Assembly: GCA_025603075.1 (NCBI GenBank)
Contig: MU626336.1
Location: 27,781 to 91,780 of the forward strand
Direction: 5' to 3'
From: Neoconidiobolus thromboides FSU 785
Lineage: Eukaryota > Fungi > Entomophthoromycota
DNA: 64,000 bases
Shown: positions 28,328 through 41,568 of the stretch, one piece after another
How positions within the stretch are numbered: position 1 is the stretch's first letter
How the letters are laid out: each line of letters starts with the position of its first letter
Notes under the pieces: generated by a model
Told to the model about the DNA's origin: nothing
Database searches by the model: none
What the model saw: only the letters and a program-made list of their open reading frames with translations
Made by a program: the position numbers and the translations under genes

Positions 28328-29238
28328 ATGAAAGACATACTAAGTCCAATACCCAAAGCCCAAAAAAACAAAACTGAAGTCCCAGTAAAAGAGATAACAT
28401 CTAAAGTATCGGGTGCCGTATACTGGTTAATGAAATCTGAGCCTGAAACTCGACTAGTTAAAGGAAAGGATGTGAGGTTTAGGTAAACTAAGATAGTCCT
28501 TCAATAGATATTTATATTAAAAATAATAAAAGCATTGATGATTTAAAACATAGTAAGGATAGTAAAACGAGTTGGGAGGGAGTGGTACTTTATTTATTGA
28601 GTTTAAGTTACTATTTTTTCTAACTGAGTTAATTATATAGCGGAATTATGAAGCAAGAAACTTTATGAGAGATAAGATGAAGTTGGGGGATACTGTAATT
28701 TGAAATAAGCTGTCAAGTACTAAATATTAATTCATCTACTAGGTACTATTTTATCATTCTAATTGTAAGGTTCCTGGTATTATTGGATTGGCTAAAGTAA
28801 AAGATATTTATTTTTTGGAATGGAATTAAATTTATTGTTTTGTTTAGGTGGTCAAAACAGGGTATCCAGATGGTAAGTTAATATATTGAATACAAAATCA
28901 AAAGCTGATTAAGCCGCTTTTTGAAAAGAAACTGCGACTGATCCCAATCACCCTTACTTTGATAAGCGTATTAAAGATGGTCAGAATCCATGGTATAAAG
29001 TGGCTATTTATTTATTATTGATACAAGTTGTACTTATATATATTAGGTAGATATCCAATTTGCAGAAAAGTTTGATGAGATAATATCATTAAAAACATTA
29101 AAGTCATATAGAGATAAAGAAGTTTTTAGTGAATTAAGTTTATTCAAAAGAGCTCAATTATCTATACAAAAAGTAACCCAAGCTCAATTTGATTTTATCA
29201 TGAGTTTAAAAGCGGAAGGAGGTAGCCAAAAAGGATAA
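28328..29238 (+). CDS. THYN1: EVE-domain protein (thymocyte nuclear protein 1-like); multi-exon
   Basis: YWLMKSEPE, FSIDDL, WEGVRNYEARNFMRDKMKLGD, FYHSNCKVPGI, HPYFD, KRAQLSIQKV. Confidence 0.9.
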
Positions 29239-29729
29239 AATAATTTTTGATCAGTTTTTTTTAATAATTTTTTTTTAATAATTAGTGAATAAAAACAAAT
29301 TTATTACTATATTTTATTTTAAATATAATTCGTGTAGTAGCATTCTTCAAATTAATCTACATTATATCCTATTTAATACGTACATAGATTACTTGGGTAT
29401 TTTAATTTTAATTAAAATACAGATCAAACAAAACCAAAGATACAATCAAATGGTTTTTTTAAAACTATAAATCATAGTATAAAAATATTTTATGTTATAA
29501 TGCAAAAAATATTCAGTTTTAAAACTTTGGGGCATGGTCTCGTATAAAGACCTTGACACTCTCCTAGAACTGCACTCTTGCTTTCCAATATGGTTGAGCC
29601 AAAATTCTTAAACTATACAGTCTCCAAAGCTTATCATTTTTTTGGTAACTAAAGAACAATTAAATCAATTATTTTTTAGTTCTATCTAAATTCCAACAAA
29701 AATCTTTAAATCCCAAAATATTCCAAGCG

Positions 29730-29737
29730 AGCCAATC
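29730..29737 (+). promoter_or_regulatory. CCAAT box (AGCCAATC), 98 bp before the OLA1 ATG
   Basis: Consensus match and shared spacing. Confidence 0.55.
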
Positions 29738-29829
29738 ATTATTTCTATGATTTAATTTGTTGAACTACTTCGACTCGAATAGTCAACAGAAAAAAGTTTT
29801 ACCATTTACTCAACTTTAGTATAGCAGCC

Positions 29830-31283
29830 ATGCCTCCAAAGAAAGTCGTTAAAGAAGAAAAATTATTATTAGGCCGTCCAGGTAACAATTTAAAGATAGG
29901 TGTAGTTGGTATGCCCAACGTGGGAAAATCTACTTTTTTCAATGCTATCACCAACTCTGCTGCTCCAGCTGAAAACTTTCCTTTCTGTACCATTGGTAAG
30001 TTGATTTGAAATATTTTAATATATTGTTTAGCTAACTCTATTTTAATAGATCCTGAAGAAGCTCGTGTAGCTGTCCCAGATGAAAGAATGGACTGGATGA
30101 CTGCCAATATGAAGCCAACGAATACTATCCCAGCCTATTTGACTGTAATTGATATTGCTGGTTTAGTCAAAGGAGCTGCTGGTGGTGCTGGTTTAGGAAA
30201 TGCTTTCTTAAGTCATGTTCGTGCTGTCGATGCCATCTTTCATGTCTGCCGTGCATTCAATGATGCTGATGTTATTCACGTTGAAGGTGAATTAGATCCC
30301 ATCAGAGATTTAGAGATTATTCATGAAGAATTAAGACTTAAGGATATCGAGTTTATTAATAAACATATTGAAGGTCTTAAAAAGGCCTTGAGGTCCTCAA
30401 CCGATAAAGCTAAGAAGGAAGAGTTGGTAAATTTATTTTCAATGCAAAATAAGAAAGGATGATAATATTTGTTTTTTTAGGAAACTACTGAAAAGGTATT
30501 AAACTGGGTCGAAGTAGAAAAGAAGGATGTTCGTAGTGGCAACTGGAGCAATAAAGAGGTTGAAGTGATCAATACTCTTCTTTTACTTAGTGCTAAGCCA
30601 GTCATCTACTTAGCCAATTGTAGTCCTAATGATTATGTTAGAAAGAAGAATAAGTGGTAAGCTAAAACTAATGGAAAAGTAATTAAAATATTAATCACCA
30701 ATCCCCATGTTTAGGTTGGCTAAAATTAAAGCTTGGATTGATGCCAATAACCCAGGAGATCTTTTAATTCCATTCAGTGCTGCTTTAGAATATGATGTAA
30801 GTTTTTATTATATAACTATCTGATGTAAGTTGAAATAAATTATTTTAGCTTTCAATGGCAACTAAAGAAGAAAGAGAAGAAAAATTAAAAGAGTTAGGTA
30901 CAGTATCTGCTTTCCCAAAGATTATCACTTCCGGTTACTCTGCTTTACAATTGTTTTATTATTTCACTTATGGACCCAAAGAAGTAAGAGCTTGGACTGT
31001 TAGAGTAAGTTTTCAATTATCATAGCTAGTAGTCAAATGTTGATTTTGTTATTAATAGAAAGGTTCAAAAGCACCACAAGCTGCTGGAGTAATTCATACT
31101 GATTTCGAACGTGGATTTATTATGGCTGAAATAATGAAATACAAAGATCTTCATGAGCTAGGTACTGAAGCTGCAGTTAAAGCAGCTGGCAAATACTTGC
31201 AAAAGGGTAAAGACTATATCGTTGAAGATGGGGATATTATTTTCTTTAAATTTAACGTTACAGCACCTGCTAAAAAGAAATAG
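29830..31283 (+). CDS. OLA1: Obg-like ATPase YchF/Ola1; multi-exon
   Basis: [64 protein letters not shown]. Confidence 0.97.
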
Positions 31284-31419
31284 ATAAATAAATAAATATT
31301 TGGAAATTAATTAACAATATTGTTTCTTATTATTCTTTTCTAAGATTAATTTTAAATTTATTTCATTTATGTATAAAAACCGTGGATTATTTAAATAGTT
31401 CTTTATCGCGAGGATACAC

Positions 31420-32182
31420 TTACTCTCTAATTTCGTGATCCTTAGCCCTTTCTTCTTTTTTAATTGGTGGATAAGGGAATGCAGTCCCGTTGGGGTTCCT
31501 TACGGGTGCTGAAAAAGGTCCCACATAATTTGAATTAATAGAAGCGTTGTCTTTAGGTTGAATCGAAGATAATGTAGTGCCGTTATTATTATTACTCATT
31601 GTTGGTAGAATAGTATTAAAGGGAGCTTGAGGCTGAGGTTGGCTTTTAAGCTGGTTGTTCGCTCTCACTTTATTCCTTAATGCCTTCATCACATGCTCAT
31701 GGCTCATCTTGCGTTTTGGAATCAAATCTTTCTGCTCAGTGATGGACTCAGAAGACTTACCGATCAATTGTGGATACTGAATCCTCGGTAATTTATTATC
31801 AGGGGAGTTGGAATGGATCCTGCTGGTATCAATTTTAGGCAATGTAATTGGGGTTATGTTTGTTTGATGGTTATTATTGAAAAATCTTTTATCTTTAATT
31901 TCAGGTAGTTTAATATCTTGCTTATGCTTTAGTTGTGTTATCTCATACTCTATCTTACGGTTCTCTAATTTTATCAACTCGGTGTTATACTTCACTTCTT
32001 CGGCTAATAACTTTATATTTTATTATTTATTTTCATTTTAATTTGCTATTGTAGCTTACTTTATCCTCTTCTTGTTTGCTTGCTAACACATGCTTCAATA
32101 GCTCTCTATCACTATCATACTCTCTTAATAAATTGCTTAATAACGATTTACTCCCATTCACTCTGTTTTGGTTTCGTTCCAT
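31420..32182 (-). CDS. Hypothetical protein with an N-terminal coiled coil and low-complexity tail; one intron
   Basis: ATG at 32182; a GT-AG intron joins ELLKHVLASKQEEDK to LLAEEVKYNTEL in frame with the 31420-31995 ORF. Confidence 0.7.
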
Positions 32183-32636
32183 TTTTTATTTGTTTCTTAA
32201 TAAAAAGTAATTCTTAAATTTAAAGTGTTGTTTTTTTATTTGGCCTTAATTTCCTAATTGGTCTAGTTTGCTTCCAGTTGTTGTGATCTTTTCATTATTT
32301 TATAATAAAGTTAACCATGTAGGATGAATTTTTATTGGCTGTGATTGGATGATTCCTGATTTATTAAAGTATAATATTTTATTATTGAGTTTAAATTTAA
32401 TCAAAAAAATAAAATACAATTAAATTAAAGGATTTAGGAATTAATCAGAATATTAGATTTTTATTAATTTATTTTATTGCTTAATGATTTTGAAATTTTG
32501 TTTGTTTGCCGAACTTCAATTCTGTTAAATACTCAAGTGATACAATCAAATTAGTAGTGATATTTATATGATTGTAATCATAATTGTAATAAAGTATATA
32601 TAAAATCCTAATAATTTTATAATTAATATGTAAAAA

Positions 32637-34508
32637 ATGTTTTTTGAAACAGTAAAAGACAATGAAAGTATACAAACATTATGGTTATTGGGCAACCTGA
32701 GCAAGGCTCAGATACGCCTTTTAAGTAAAAAGAAGATTAAAAAAGAATTAAACATTGGTGAAGTTTTACAATTAATTAGAGACTCTGAATGGGACTTAAA
32801 ACACCAAATAATTTTATTACTGGGATTAATAAGATACTATATGTTCCAAATCGAAAAGATGGACACTAAATACTCTCAATTGAAGCAAGATATATTTAGG
32901 TCGGTTTTATTACCTACCTTAGAAAGGAATAATACATCAAAGTTTACTACTTTAAAGTAAGTTTTAATCCCGTTTTATTATTATCGTTAACAGTTTCCAT
33001 TACATAAGCTATGAAGACCTCACCTTGTTAACTTCAAAATTGTACTACTTACCTTTTCCTGATCTTGAGATCACATTACCTGAGGAAGAGACCAAGCATG
33101 ATTGGAGTATAGAATCTATTCGATTACTGGAACCTAGAGAAACAGTAGAAATTGGTCGGATTGAACCGGATGAATTCAACTGGACTTTAGATTACTATGG
33201 AAATGTATTGGAACCAACTTCTCCAATTGATTTTGGCCCAATTCTTAGCTCCCCAACCTTTGAGCCTATAAGTGTTCCTCAAACTGAGCTTGAAACATTG
33301 CCACTATTAGCAATAGAAGAGGAGGCTAAAGATATTGAAGTCCCAAAAAAATTTAGAAGTAATATGGATAGGAGTACTATACTAGATCAAGAGGCAGTTT
33401 TTAAAGTAGATGAAAGTGCCATTGAGAATTTTGTATGTGGTTTTTGTGTTATTGGGCTACATCTGATTAAATGCTTAACTAGGAATTGAAACGAAAAATC
33501 AAACAAGCGTGTAATGCCTTACTTTTTAACATAGGCTTAGCTACCCCTATTGAATATTATAACAATTTATTTCGTGATAGTATTAAAAAACTGAAGTTGG
33601 AAGAAGGTATTAGTTTTATTAAATAGTAATACTTACTCTTTTATTTTTTTTAGTATCCCCGATTGGCTCGACTGTTTCTAGAGGTATTAGATTATAGCTT
33701 TATATTAATTTATGTTAATTTTATTCTAGAATATGGAATGGTAACCATTAGTTAATACAGTCTATTATTTATTTAGGAAAACTAGGAATTACCCGAATAT
33801 CCATCTTACAGCCCAGAAGTAGCAAGAGAAAGGGTCTCATTTGATACTACTCGTTACCCTTGGAATGTGGATATTAGTGAAATCTTAGGTATATCTATTT
33901 AGTTTATTCTATAATGATGCACTTTCTCTATTTTAGACCAACCCCTAGAAACTCCTAGGATTAGCTTAACGCCTGTTTCATTCCCTGAGAGGTACTTTTA
34001 TAATCATAATCTATATAATCACTATAGGAATTAGAGAGTCCATTGAGGACATTATACCACCCTTGGTCCATGAAGATCAAATTAACATTTTAGTAGAAAA
34101 GGCAGCTTTGGTTCCAAATTATCATCAGTTTCAAGGTAAATTCTTTAGATAAATTTACTATGAAATTTCTAATATTCTTAGCCTTGCCTCAACAGCAACT
34201 AGCAGATAATCAACTCTACTATTCATTAACCCATGAAGATCTTAACTTAGATAATGAAACCACTAACTTTTTATCTTTTTTGAAATTTCAACCAGTGACA
34301 CAACCTCTTTCAATGTCCTCCTTGTTTGATGCCCCTACCACAGATAAAATTACTGCTTCTACGGCTTTTTACCTCATCCTAAGTAAGCTTTCGTCCACCT
34401 CTATTTTACGTTAATAATCCTATTTTAGGCCTGAAATCAAATGCTCTGATTGAGGTTGAGCAGAGAGAACCCTATGGAGATATTGAAATTGATCTGAACA
34501 TTTTTTAG
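32637..34508 (+). CDS. Rad21/Rec8-family kleisin (cohesin subunit), highly divergent; multi-exon
   Basis: N-terminal MFF...TLWLLG...LSKKKIKKELNIGEV...LLLGLIRYY; C-terminal winged-helix ASTAFYLIL|SLKSNALIEVEQREPYGDIEI. Confidence 0.75.
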
Positions 34509-35036
34509 ACTACTGTGGTAGAGTTCGAGGTGTTCGATTAGCTATTTATAAACTTTATTATGAGTTTTATCAAAACTTGGCTATTTTGATTGCTTTTTAC
34601 ACTTAAATTTCAGACTTAAAATTAAAACTACAGCTATTGAAGCTCTTTTCCAACTTTAGAAGTAATTTTTATATTTAAATTATTTGTACAAATAATTTTT
34701 AATCCTAGATGTTTATTTTTTGAACTGTTATAATATAAATTTTTACCCTAAATAAGCAGTTAACTAGGTCTCAAAAGAACTGTAACAACTGCAAAGTCAA
34801 CTTAAACTACCAATTCTATATGCGCTAAAACTGAATCTAAATAGTCGTATTTTTAGAAAATTTTGTATCGTTTAAGAATTCTTAAAGTTTCGTTTTAAGT
34901 TCCTGATTGGAAAATACCTCATTTGTACAAAATTGATCCTGAATGCGCTCCCCTGCCATTCAAATTTGGTCTAAAAACTATTTGAAATTTGAAAAATTCT
35001 TGTTTGTTTTGCTACTAACAAAAACTATTTTTGACA

Positions 35037-38000
35037 ATGTGGAATATAAAACCCAACTCAAGACTAAATAGTTCACCCTCACTAAAAGGAAGCAATATAC
35101 AGGGATTACAAGGTCAAAGCAGTATAGCTCCAAACTCAAAAAAACGGAAAGCGGAATTTGAGTCTCAAGAAAAAGGCATAGAATGCCCCATCCAAGTTTA
35201 CATACGGTGCCGAGGAGGCCATCAACATACAGGAAATAAAATAGGAACTGAATTGATAGGGAATAGTGAACTACAATGTAAAGAAGGCAATAGCAGACAT
35301 TCCGAAATTAAGTTCAAATTTGATCAAATATTTAATCCTCACATTTGTCAAGAAGCTATCTTTAACGAAGTTGCTTTGCCTATGATAGATGAAGCTCTTT
35401 GTGGATTAAATTCTACTTTATTTGCTTATGGCCAAACAGGTACTGGGAAAACATACACAATGGAAGGGGCACTTGGTCAAATTGGTATTCTTCCAGAGAC
35501 AAACGCCGGAATCATTCCAAGGGTTTTACATCAACTTTATAAAAGGCTTGATAGTATGGAGTTGCCTTCAAAATATGTTATAAAAATATCGATGCTTGAA
35601 ATTTATAATGAGGAAATCTATGATCTTCTTTCAATTAAAGATGCAACTAAACCAAACTCAAAAATTATTTTAAATAAAGTTTCAAATCAAGACCTGATCA
35701 TTAAAGGGTTAACAGAAAAGATTGCTAATACACCAGATGAAGCAATTGAATTCCTCAGACAAGGCTCAAATATTCGCCACACTGCTTCAACTAAATTAAA
35801 CAAAAGCTCAAGGTAATAATTTACTTCTTTATTCAACTGATAATAATTTCTTTAGTCGTTCACACTCTATTTATACTATTAATATTAAAGTGAATAAAAA
35901 AACAGAAGCCAGTGACCATTTTATAAATGGCAAGCTATATCTAGTTGATCTTGCTGGCTCAGAAGATATTTCACGATCTGGCACTGAAAAGGTTCAAGCA
36001 GCTGAAGCGGGCAAAATCAATCGATCTTTACTTACTTTAGGTAAAATTATAAAGGGGCTCTCTGAAAAAAGTACTTCAGGTTTAGTTAAGCTACCATTTA
36101 GGTAAATTCTTTACTTTATTTTTAAACTATGATATAAATATGATATTAATGTTTAGAGAGAGTAAATTGACTCGTATCCTTGAAGATTCATTAGGAGGGG
36201 GTACAAAAACACGGATGATAGCAACAATTTCTTTGCTTGAAAACGATTTAAAGGAAACTATTAATACACTTAAGTATGCCACACAAGCGAAATACATAAA
36301 AAACAAGCCTAAACACAATGTCACTATTGATGAAACTGCTCTTTATATTGAGTATAAGAATGAAAATATGATGTTAAAAGATGATTTAAAAGATAATCGA
36401 GAAAAAAATGGAGTATATCTATCTAAAGCCAAGCATGACAAGATAGTAGAAACTATGAAGGCATTATCTAGTGACAAGTCAAGGCTCGAAACTTTTAACC
36501 AGGATTTTGAAGCAAAATTGCGAGAAGAAAGGGAATTGAGATTTAGAATTGAAGATGAGTATAAAAAGTTACTAAGCGACAAAGAAGATAAACTCAATAA
36601 AGCCCTTATAGAAGTTGTATCATTAAAAAAACAGAATCAAATTCAAATGGCAAACAAAGTTCAGTCAGATAAAGCTATAAATGCACTATTAAATCAGATA
36701 AAAAATAAATGTAAGGAACTGGAGAGAGTTCATGGAATCACCCAAAATATTAATGAAGCAGGAGGGTCAGGCAATATTTTAAGTGATGAAATCAGTGATC
36801 AACTATTTGCTAACTCTGATGGGACAAATCAAGGAGTTAATGATTTATTAGCAGATCGATTTGAATTAAAAAATAGTTTAAAAGATTTATTAAGTTTATT
36901 AAAAATAAACTCAAGTGATAGCAAGTATGCTATAACTCGATTAATTGAGAATTTAGATACTACTCCTTCAATTGAGAACAATCAAGCTGAAGGAATTTTA
37001 GAGTCATCTAGTACTTACATCAAAGAGCTTGGACAAGCTACCATAGATCTTTTCGAACTTCTTGATGAACAAACTCCTATTACATGCACTTCACTTACTA
37101 AAATTATATCCGATCAGGATAAAAACACAATGGATTTGTTTAATAGTATATTAACAAAGTATAATAAGCTGCAGACATGGACTAAGGATTTAGTAAGTCA
37201 TTCAAATAGTATTATAAAAAAGAAGATTGAGGAAACCACCCATCCTTTACTTGAAATAAAAAAGCTATATGATGCCAAGATTCAAGTTTATAAAGAACAA
37301 TATGCAAAAGTAGTCGAATATTTAGAAAATTCGGTGGTCTCTCATACTTCACAAAAAGCACAATTAGTATATGAAATAGCAAATCTTCTCGAAAGATACA
37401 CACATTATGAACATAATGAAATTTCAGATTTAGTCCACGAAAGCAAGGTAATATTGTTGGAAAAGGAAGAAGAAAGCACTAAATTTCGCAAAGAGCCCGT
37501 CAATGAATCAAAGGACTTTGATACAAATCGACAAGATTGTAATGGACAAATTTCGCCTTTAGAAAATGGTATCATCATTTCACACAAATCTAACCTTATT
37601 AAACTAAAGCAAACAAATGAACCTGATCTACTTAAAAATATTCAATCACAAATTAATGAGTCGGAAAAAAAAATTGAAGAAGCAATTAGAGAAAGATCAG
37701 CTAAAAAAGAAACCCCTACTTACAATTCAGATGTTTATGAAGGAAATAACTTGATAAAGGAGCATTCACAAAAGATAAATCAAACCTTAGAAAGCTTAGA
37801 ATTTAATCATAATATTTTAATGTCTCAACTTAGTGACATAGTAATTGAAAACAAAGACAATTTGGTTAATCTCATAAGTTTGTATATTCATAAATCAATA
37901 CTTCCACAAGTTGAAACGCTCAACGAGTTTAATAAATCACATGCTAGCCTTACAACGGCTTTTGTTGACAAACATTCTGAGGTAGACACTTTAATTTATT

Positions 38001-38418
38001 ATGTAAATATTTATTAATTTTATCTTTTTAGATTGAGACTACTAACCCAAAACAATATGTTATGAACTCTGAAGGATTACCAAGTGAATTCAATCCAATG
38101 ATATCTCAAAATTATGGAGCAAATGATATCAATGAAGCTACTTCCATTAAAGAAGGGAGATCTGAACCAACAATCATCGTTGATTCAATTAAAGAAAAAG
38201 TGACTGGAGATAATGCTACTGGCTGTAAGAGCTCAAGCCTAAAGACTACGCCTTTAAAAAACAGGCTAAATTCAATTCACCCAGGTCTAGATACTGTCGG
38301 ACCAATTCGTTCAAGTACCTTAAAGCGTCAGAATATTAACAATAAGCAAACTCAACACTTCTTAGGACGTCCAAAAATTGATTTTTTTAATGCTAGAAAA
38401 GATGAACCCAAGAAATAG
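35037..38418 (+). CDS. Kinesin-5 (BimC/Eg5-like) motor; multi-exon
   Basis: [84 protein letters not shown], long coiled-coil stalk. Confidence 0.88.
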
Positions 38419-38651
38419 GGCAGATTTTTGGTCTATTTATTAGTTAGTTCACCAGTCGACAGATTATTGTAATAGTATAGCATCGTTTTAAATGATAGCA
38501 AATGTATAAATTTTCATATAAATTATTTTAATAAAATTTTGGATACTTTTTGATGGTTTTAAATATTTAATGTCTTAGTATAAATTCATTTAGAATAATA
38601 TTTTTGCTATAAGTATGATTAATAAGTTAAAGTGAGAGATAGTAATAGTAA

Positions 38652-38748
38652 GGGGATGTATTTTTTTGTTTAAAAAATTTACTAACAATCTTCTCACTCA
38701 AATAGCACTTAAAAAGTGTAAAAGTAATGAAATCAAGAAAACATCTCT
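38652..38748 (-). mobile_element. ~96-bp MITE family, copy 6 (TSD not preserved)
   Basis: GGGGATGTATTTT...AAAACATCTCT; flanks GTAA and ATCT differ. Confidence 0.8.
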
Positions 38749-38786
38749 ATCTTTCCTTTCCCTAAACACGATGAAAAGCTCAGCAT

Positions 38787-39697
38787 TTACTCATAAAATC
38801 TTTCACAATCAGCAACATTAAATGATTCTTTACTATTTTGTAAATCTTTTACTCCAATTACTTGTATCCATTTGGTATACATGACTTGAATAGGATTTAA
38901 TAGTGGAAAGTAGGGCGACAAGCATACTAATTTATGTCCGCTAGATCTAATAATTTCACTAATTCTTAGATGCTTATTTATCCATCCATTATTTGTAATT
39001 ATTATCCCTTCTGATATGTTCATTCGTGTAATTTTATTAGCTAGTAACCCAATAAATTGATGAAATGATTGAACATTATACGGCTTTGCTTGAGTTTGAA
39101 CTTCAATTATTTTATGCTTGTTCATAGCACAATGCATTGATACATCTTTTATTTGGGATCCGGTATCAAGCGAAGTAGGATCCTTGGTTCTAAGTGCACA
39201 TAAACTTTTCACGCATCGTTGCAGAAAACGTTGCTTCATTCAAAAAAGATTTTAGAATCATCCAATCTCATTATTTCGTTCACAAAAATACTAGCATAAA
39301 AATCTCTCATCTCAAGTATAGTTAAATCATTTTGAGTAATTAGATTCATATACTTAAAAGAAAATTTAAACTTTTTCATACGGAGGCGTATAGCTGTTGT
39401 ACCTACACTTACCCAATTCATTCAACAGTCTTTATTGTAGTTTCTTTATAAAATAGTACAGTCTTTGTTGATCCAAGCTTGCATAATTTTATCATGGTCT
39501 TCGGATATGGCTCTTTTTCTAGGTCCCCTTTTTAGCTCCCTTCTATAATCTTTCCCTTCAATGTACTTATTTACAACAAAACCAACGAAAGCACACTTGA
39601 AACCCATTACTTGGGCAATTTCATACATGTGCCATTCATTAACATAAGATTCAACAATCATTTCTCTATTTTCATTGCTAATATATTGATATTTCAT
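38787..39697 (-). pseudogene. Decayed IS630/Tc1-mariner-type transposase
   Basis: HTH-like N-terminus (ISNENREMIVESY...EIAQVMG...RGPRKRAI), VSVGTTAIRLRMKKFKFSFK, and DDE-like NNGWINK...LVCLSPYFPLLNPIQ; stops, frameshifts and lost catalytic residues; no TIRs recognised. Confidence 0.8.
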
Positions 39698-39790
39698 TTA
39701 AATGTTTAGATAGCGTTCAAATTCAAGTAAGTAACAATTTGATTCTTTTATTTTTTTTAGTGAGATGACCATATTCTTTTATGAATTCAA

Positions 39791-39896
39791 CCCTTTGAGT
39801 GCCGGATACCTCAAACTTTTCTGTTCAAATAAATTATGGCGTCAAACTCATTTTATGCCAATTAGATCAATACTTCAAAACTCTGTATCCGAAGGG
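39791..39896. mobile_element. Putative piggyBac-type MITE (106 bp)
   Basis: TCAA-CCCTTTGAGTGCCGGATAC ... GTATCCG-AAGGG-TTAA: inverted ends with a 7-bp indel; single copy. Confidence 0.5.
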
Positions 39897-40256
39897 TTAA
39901 TTTGATTTGAACCATGCGAGCAATGTTCGTCATAATTGAATTGATTAACAAAAGTTAGCAAACAACGTTGATCTATAGTACTCAAGTAGTTAGAGCAAGT
40001 TTATTCAAATTTACATAAAAACTGGTAAATACATTGAAATTGGGAATGACACTCTCATATTCATTTTAGTGTTCAGATAAAATCAAACTCATCAATAAAA
40101 AATATATTATAAAGTAACACAAAGCGGTTTATCAAAATGGTTAATTGTAATAAATCCAAATTTATTTAAAGTTAAGTAGGATTTAATTTAAAGAATATAA
40201 ACATAATTCTTAAGTGTCATTTAAATCCGTAATAGGAAAGCGGAAGCCAACTTCCC

Positions 40257-40264
40257 AGCCAATA
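40257..40264 (+). promoter_or_regulatory. CCAAT box (AGCCAATA), 96 bp before the TLC gene ATG
   Basis: Consensus match and shared spacing. Confidence 0.5.
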
Positions 40265-40354
40265 AAATATCAAAAAAATAGCATGAACCAAACTCTACAA
40301 ATTAAACACTTTAAAAACTACTTTATAGCTTAATTTTTACTTCTACTTTTAATC

Positions 40355-41332
40355 ATGAACTCTTTAGTAGAAACCATAGCCGAGCCCTTAGGGCTAACTA
40401 ACTTAAGCAAGAATATCCATTACATACTTGGAGCAGCATTTTTTTATCAAATAGTATATTTGTTAGGCGGCTATCTTAGTTCAGTATTTTTCGGCAGAGT
40501 ATATAATCATTTAGAACCAAAAGTACAAATGAAATGGCGTATAAAGATAACTTCGTTTGTGAATGCAAGTTTGATATCCTATCTTTCTTTTTCACTTTTA
40601 TTCGATGAGCATTTGCAAAAGGATAAGGTATTTAATTCAACTGACTATTCTGAATTTGTTTATTCAATGGCTTGTGGGTAAGGATTTGTTTCAATTTCAA
40701 GTCTACCTTATTGATTTTTTTAGATATTTTTTATGGGATATTGTGTATGCTATAGTGGAAGGCCAAGGCTTCGGATTCCTGTTACATGGGGTATCTTGTT
40801 TTTCAGTGTATTTATTTTCATTTGTAATATTTTGTGGTCTATGAGTAATTTTTTATTAATCTATATTTTAGACTCCCTTTTTAAACTATTATGGATCTGT
40901 ATTTTTAATGTTTGAGTTAAGTACCCCATTTTTAGACTTTATTTTCTTTATGGTAAATAATTTAGGTTTTACTTTTGTTTTTACTGACTTATATTTAGGA
41001 TAAGTCTGGCAATTCAGACTCCATTTTAATGGTTATTAATGGAATCTGTCTTATGGTTGTCTTTTTTTGTGTTAGAATAGTGTTTGGGATTTATATGTCA
41101 TATAAAACCTTTGGTAATTACATTAATACTACTCCAAGTGTTTTTATTGATTATTTTTCTAGAATCCGTTCTTCAAGTTATTTCAAAAGTTCCATTACAT
41201 TTACAATTCATTTATGGAACTGCTAATGTTGCTTTAAATTTGTTGAATTTGTTTTGGTTTTATAAAATGGTTTCCATGTTTGTAAGACGTTACAAGCAAA
41301 GAAACCAAAACAAACAAAAGAAAAGCTCTTGA
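40355..41332 (+). CDS. TLC (TRAM/LAG1/CLN8)-domain membrane protein, TMEM56-like; multi-exon
   Basis: WRIKITSFVNA, GYFLWD, GFLLHGVSC, FLMFELSTPFL, NGICLMVVFFCVRIVFG, LNLLNLFWFYKM. Confidence 0.85.
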
Positions 41333-41568
41333 ATTTAGTTTATGATAATAGAAGTAAAAGCTATTTAACTATATTTGAAACTATTAAAATAGATTAGTTA
41401 AAATAATTTAAGGGTGTTTTACATTTATCTTTATATATTTTTTAAATTTAAAGTAAATAATTATATTAATTTAAAGCAGTTAATTCAATTTTATTTAATC
41501 TTCCGATTCTTTATTTAATGCTAGTTGGACTTAATACTCTATTAAAGTAGCTAATATATTAACAAACA

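Noticed and set aside
38652-39697. The adjacent Tc1/IS630 transposase as mobiliser of the GGGG-MITE
   Set aside because: That superfamily duplicates TA, whereas copies 2 and 4 show ATTT and AAAT 4-bp duplications; adjacency alone is not evidence.
39446-39697. Possible Fanzor/TnpB or other RNA-guided nuclease cargo near the transposase
   Set aside because: No RuvC or zinc-finger motifs are visible in any frame nearby.
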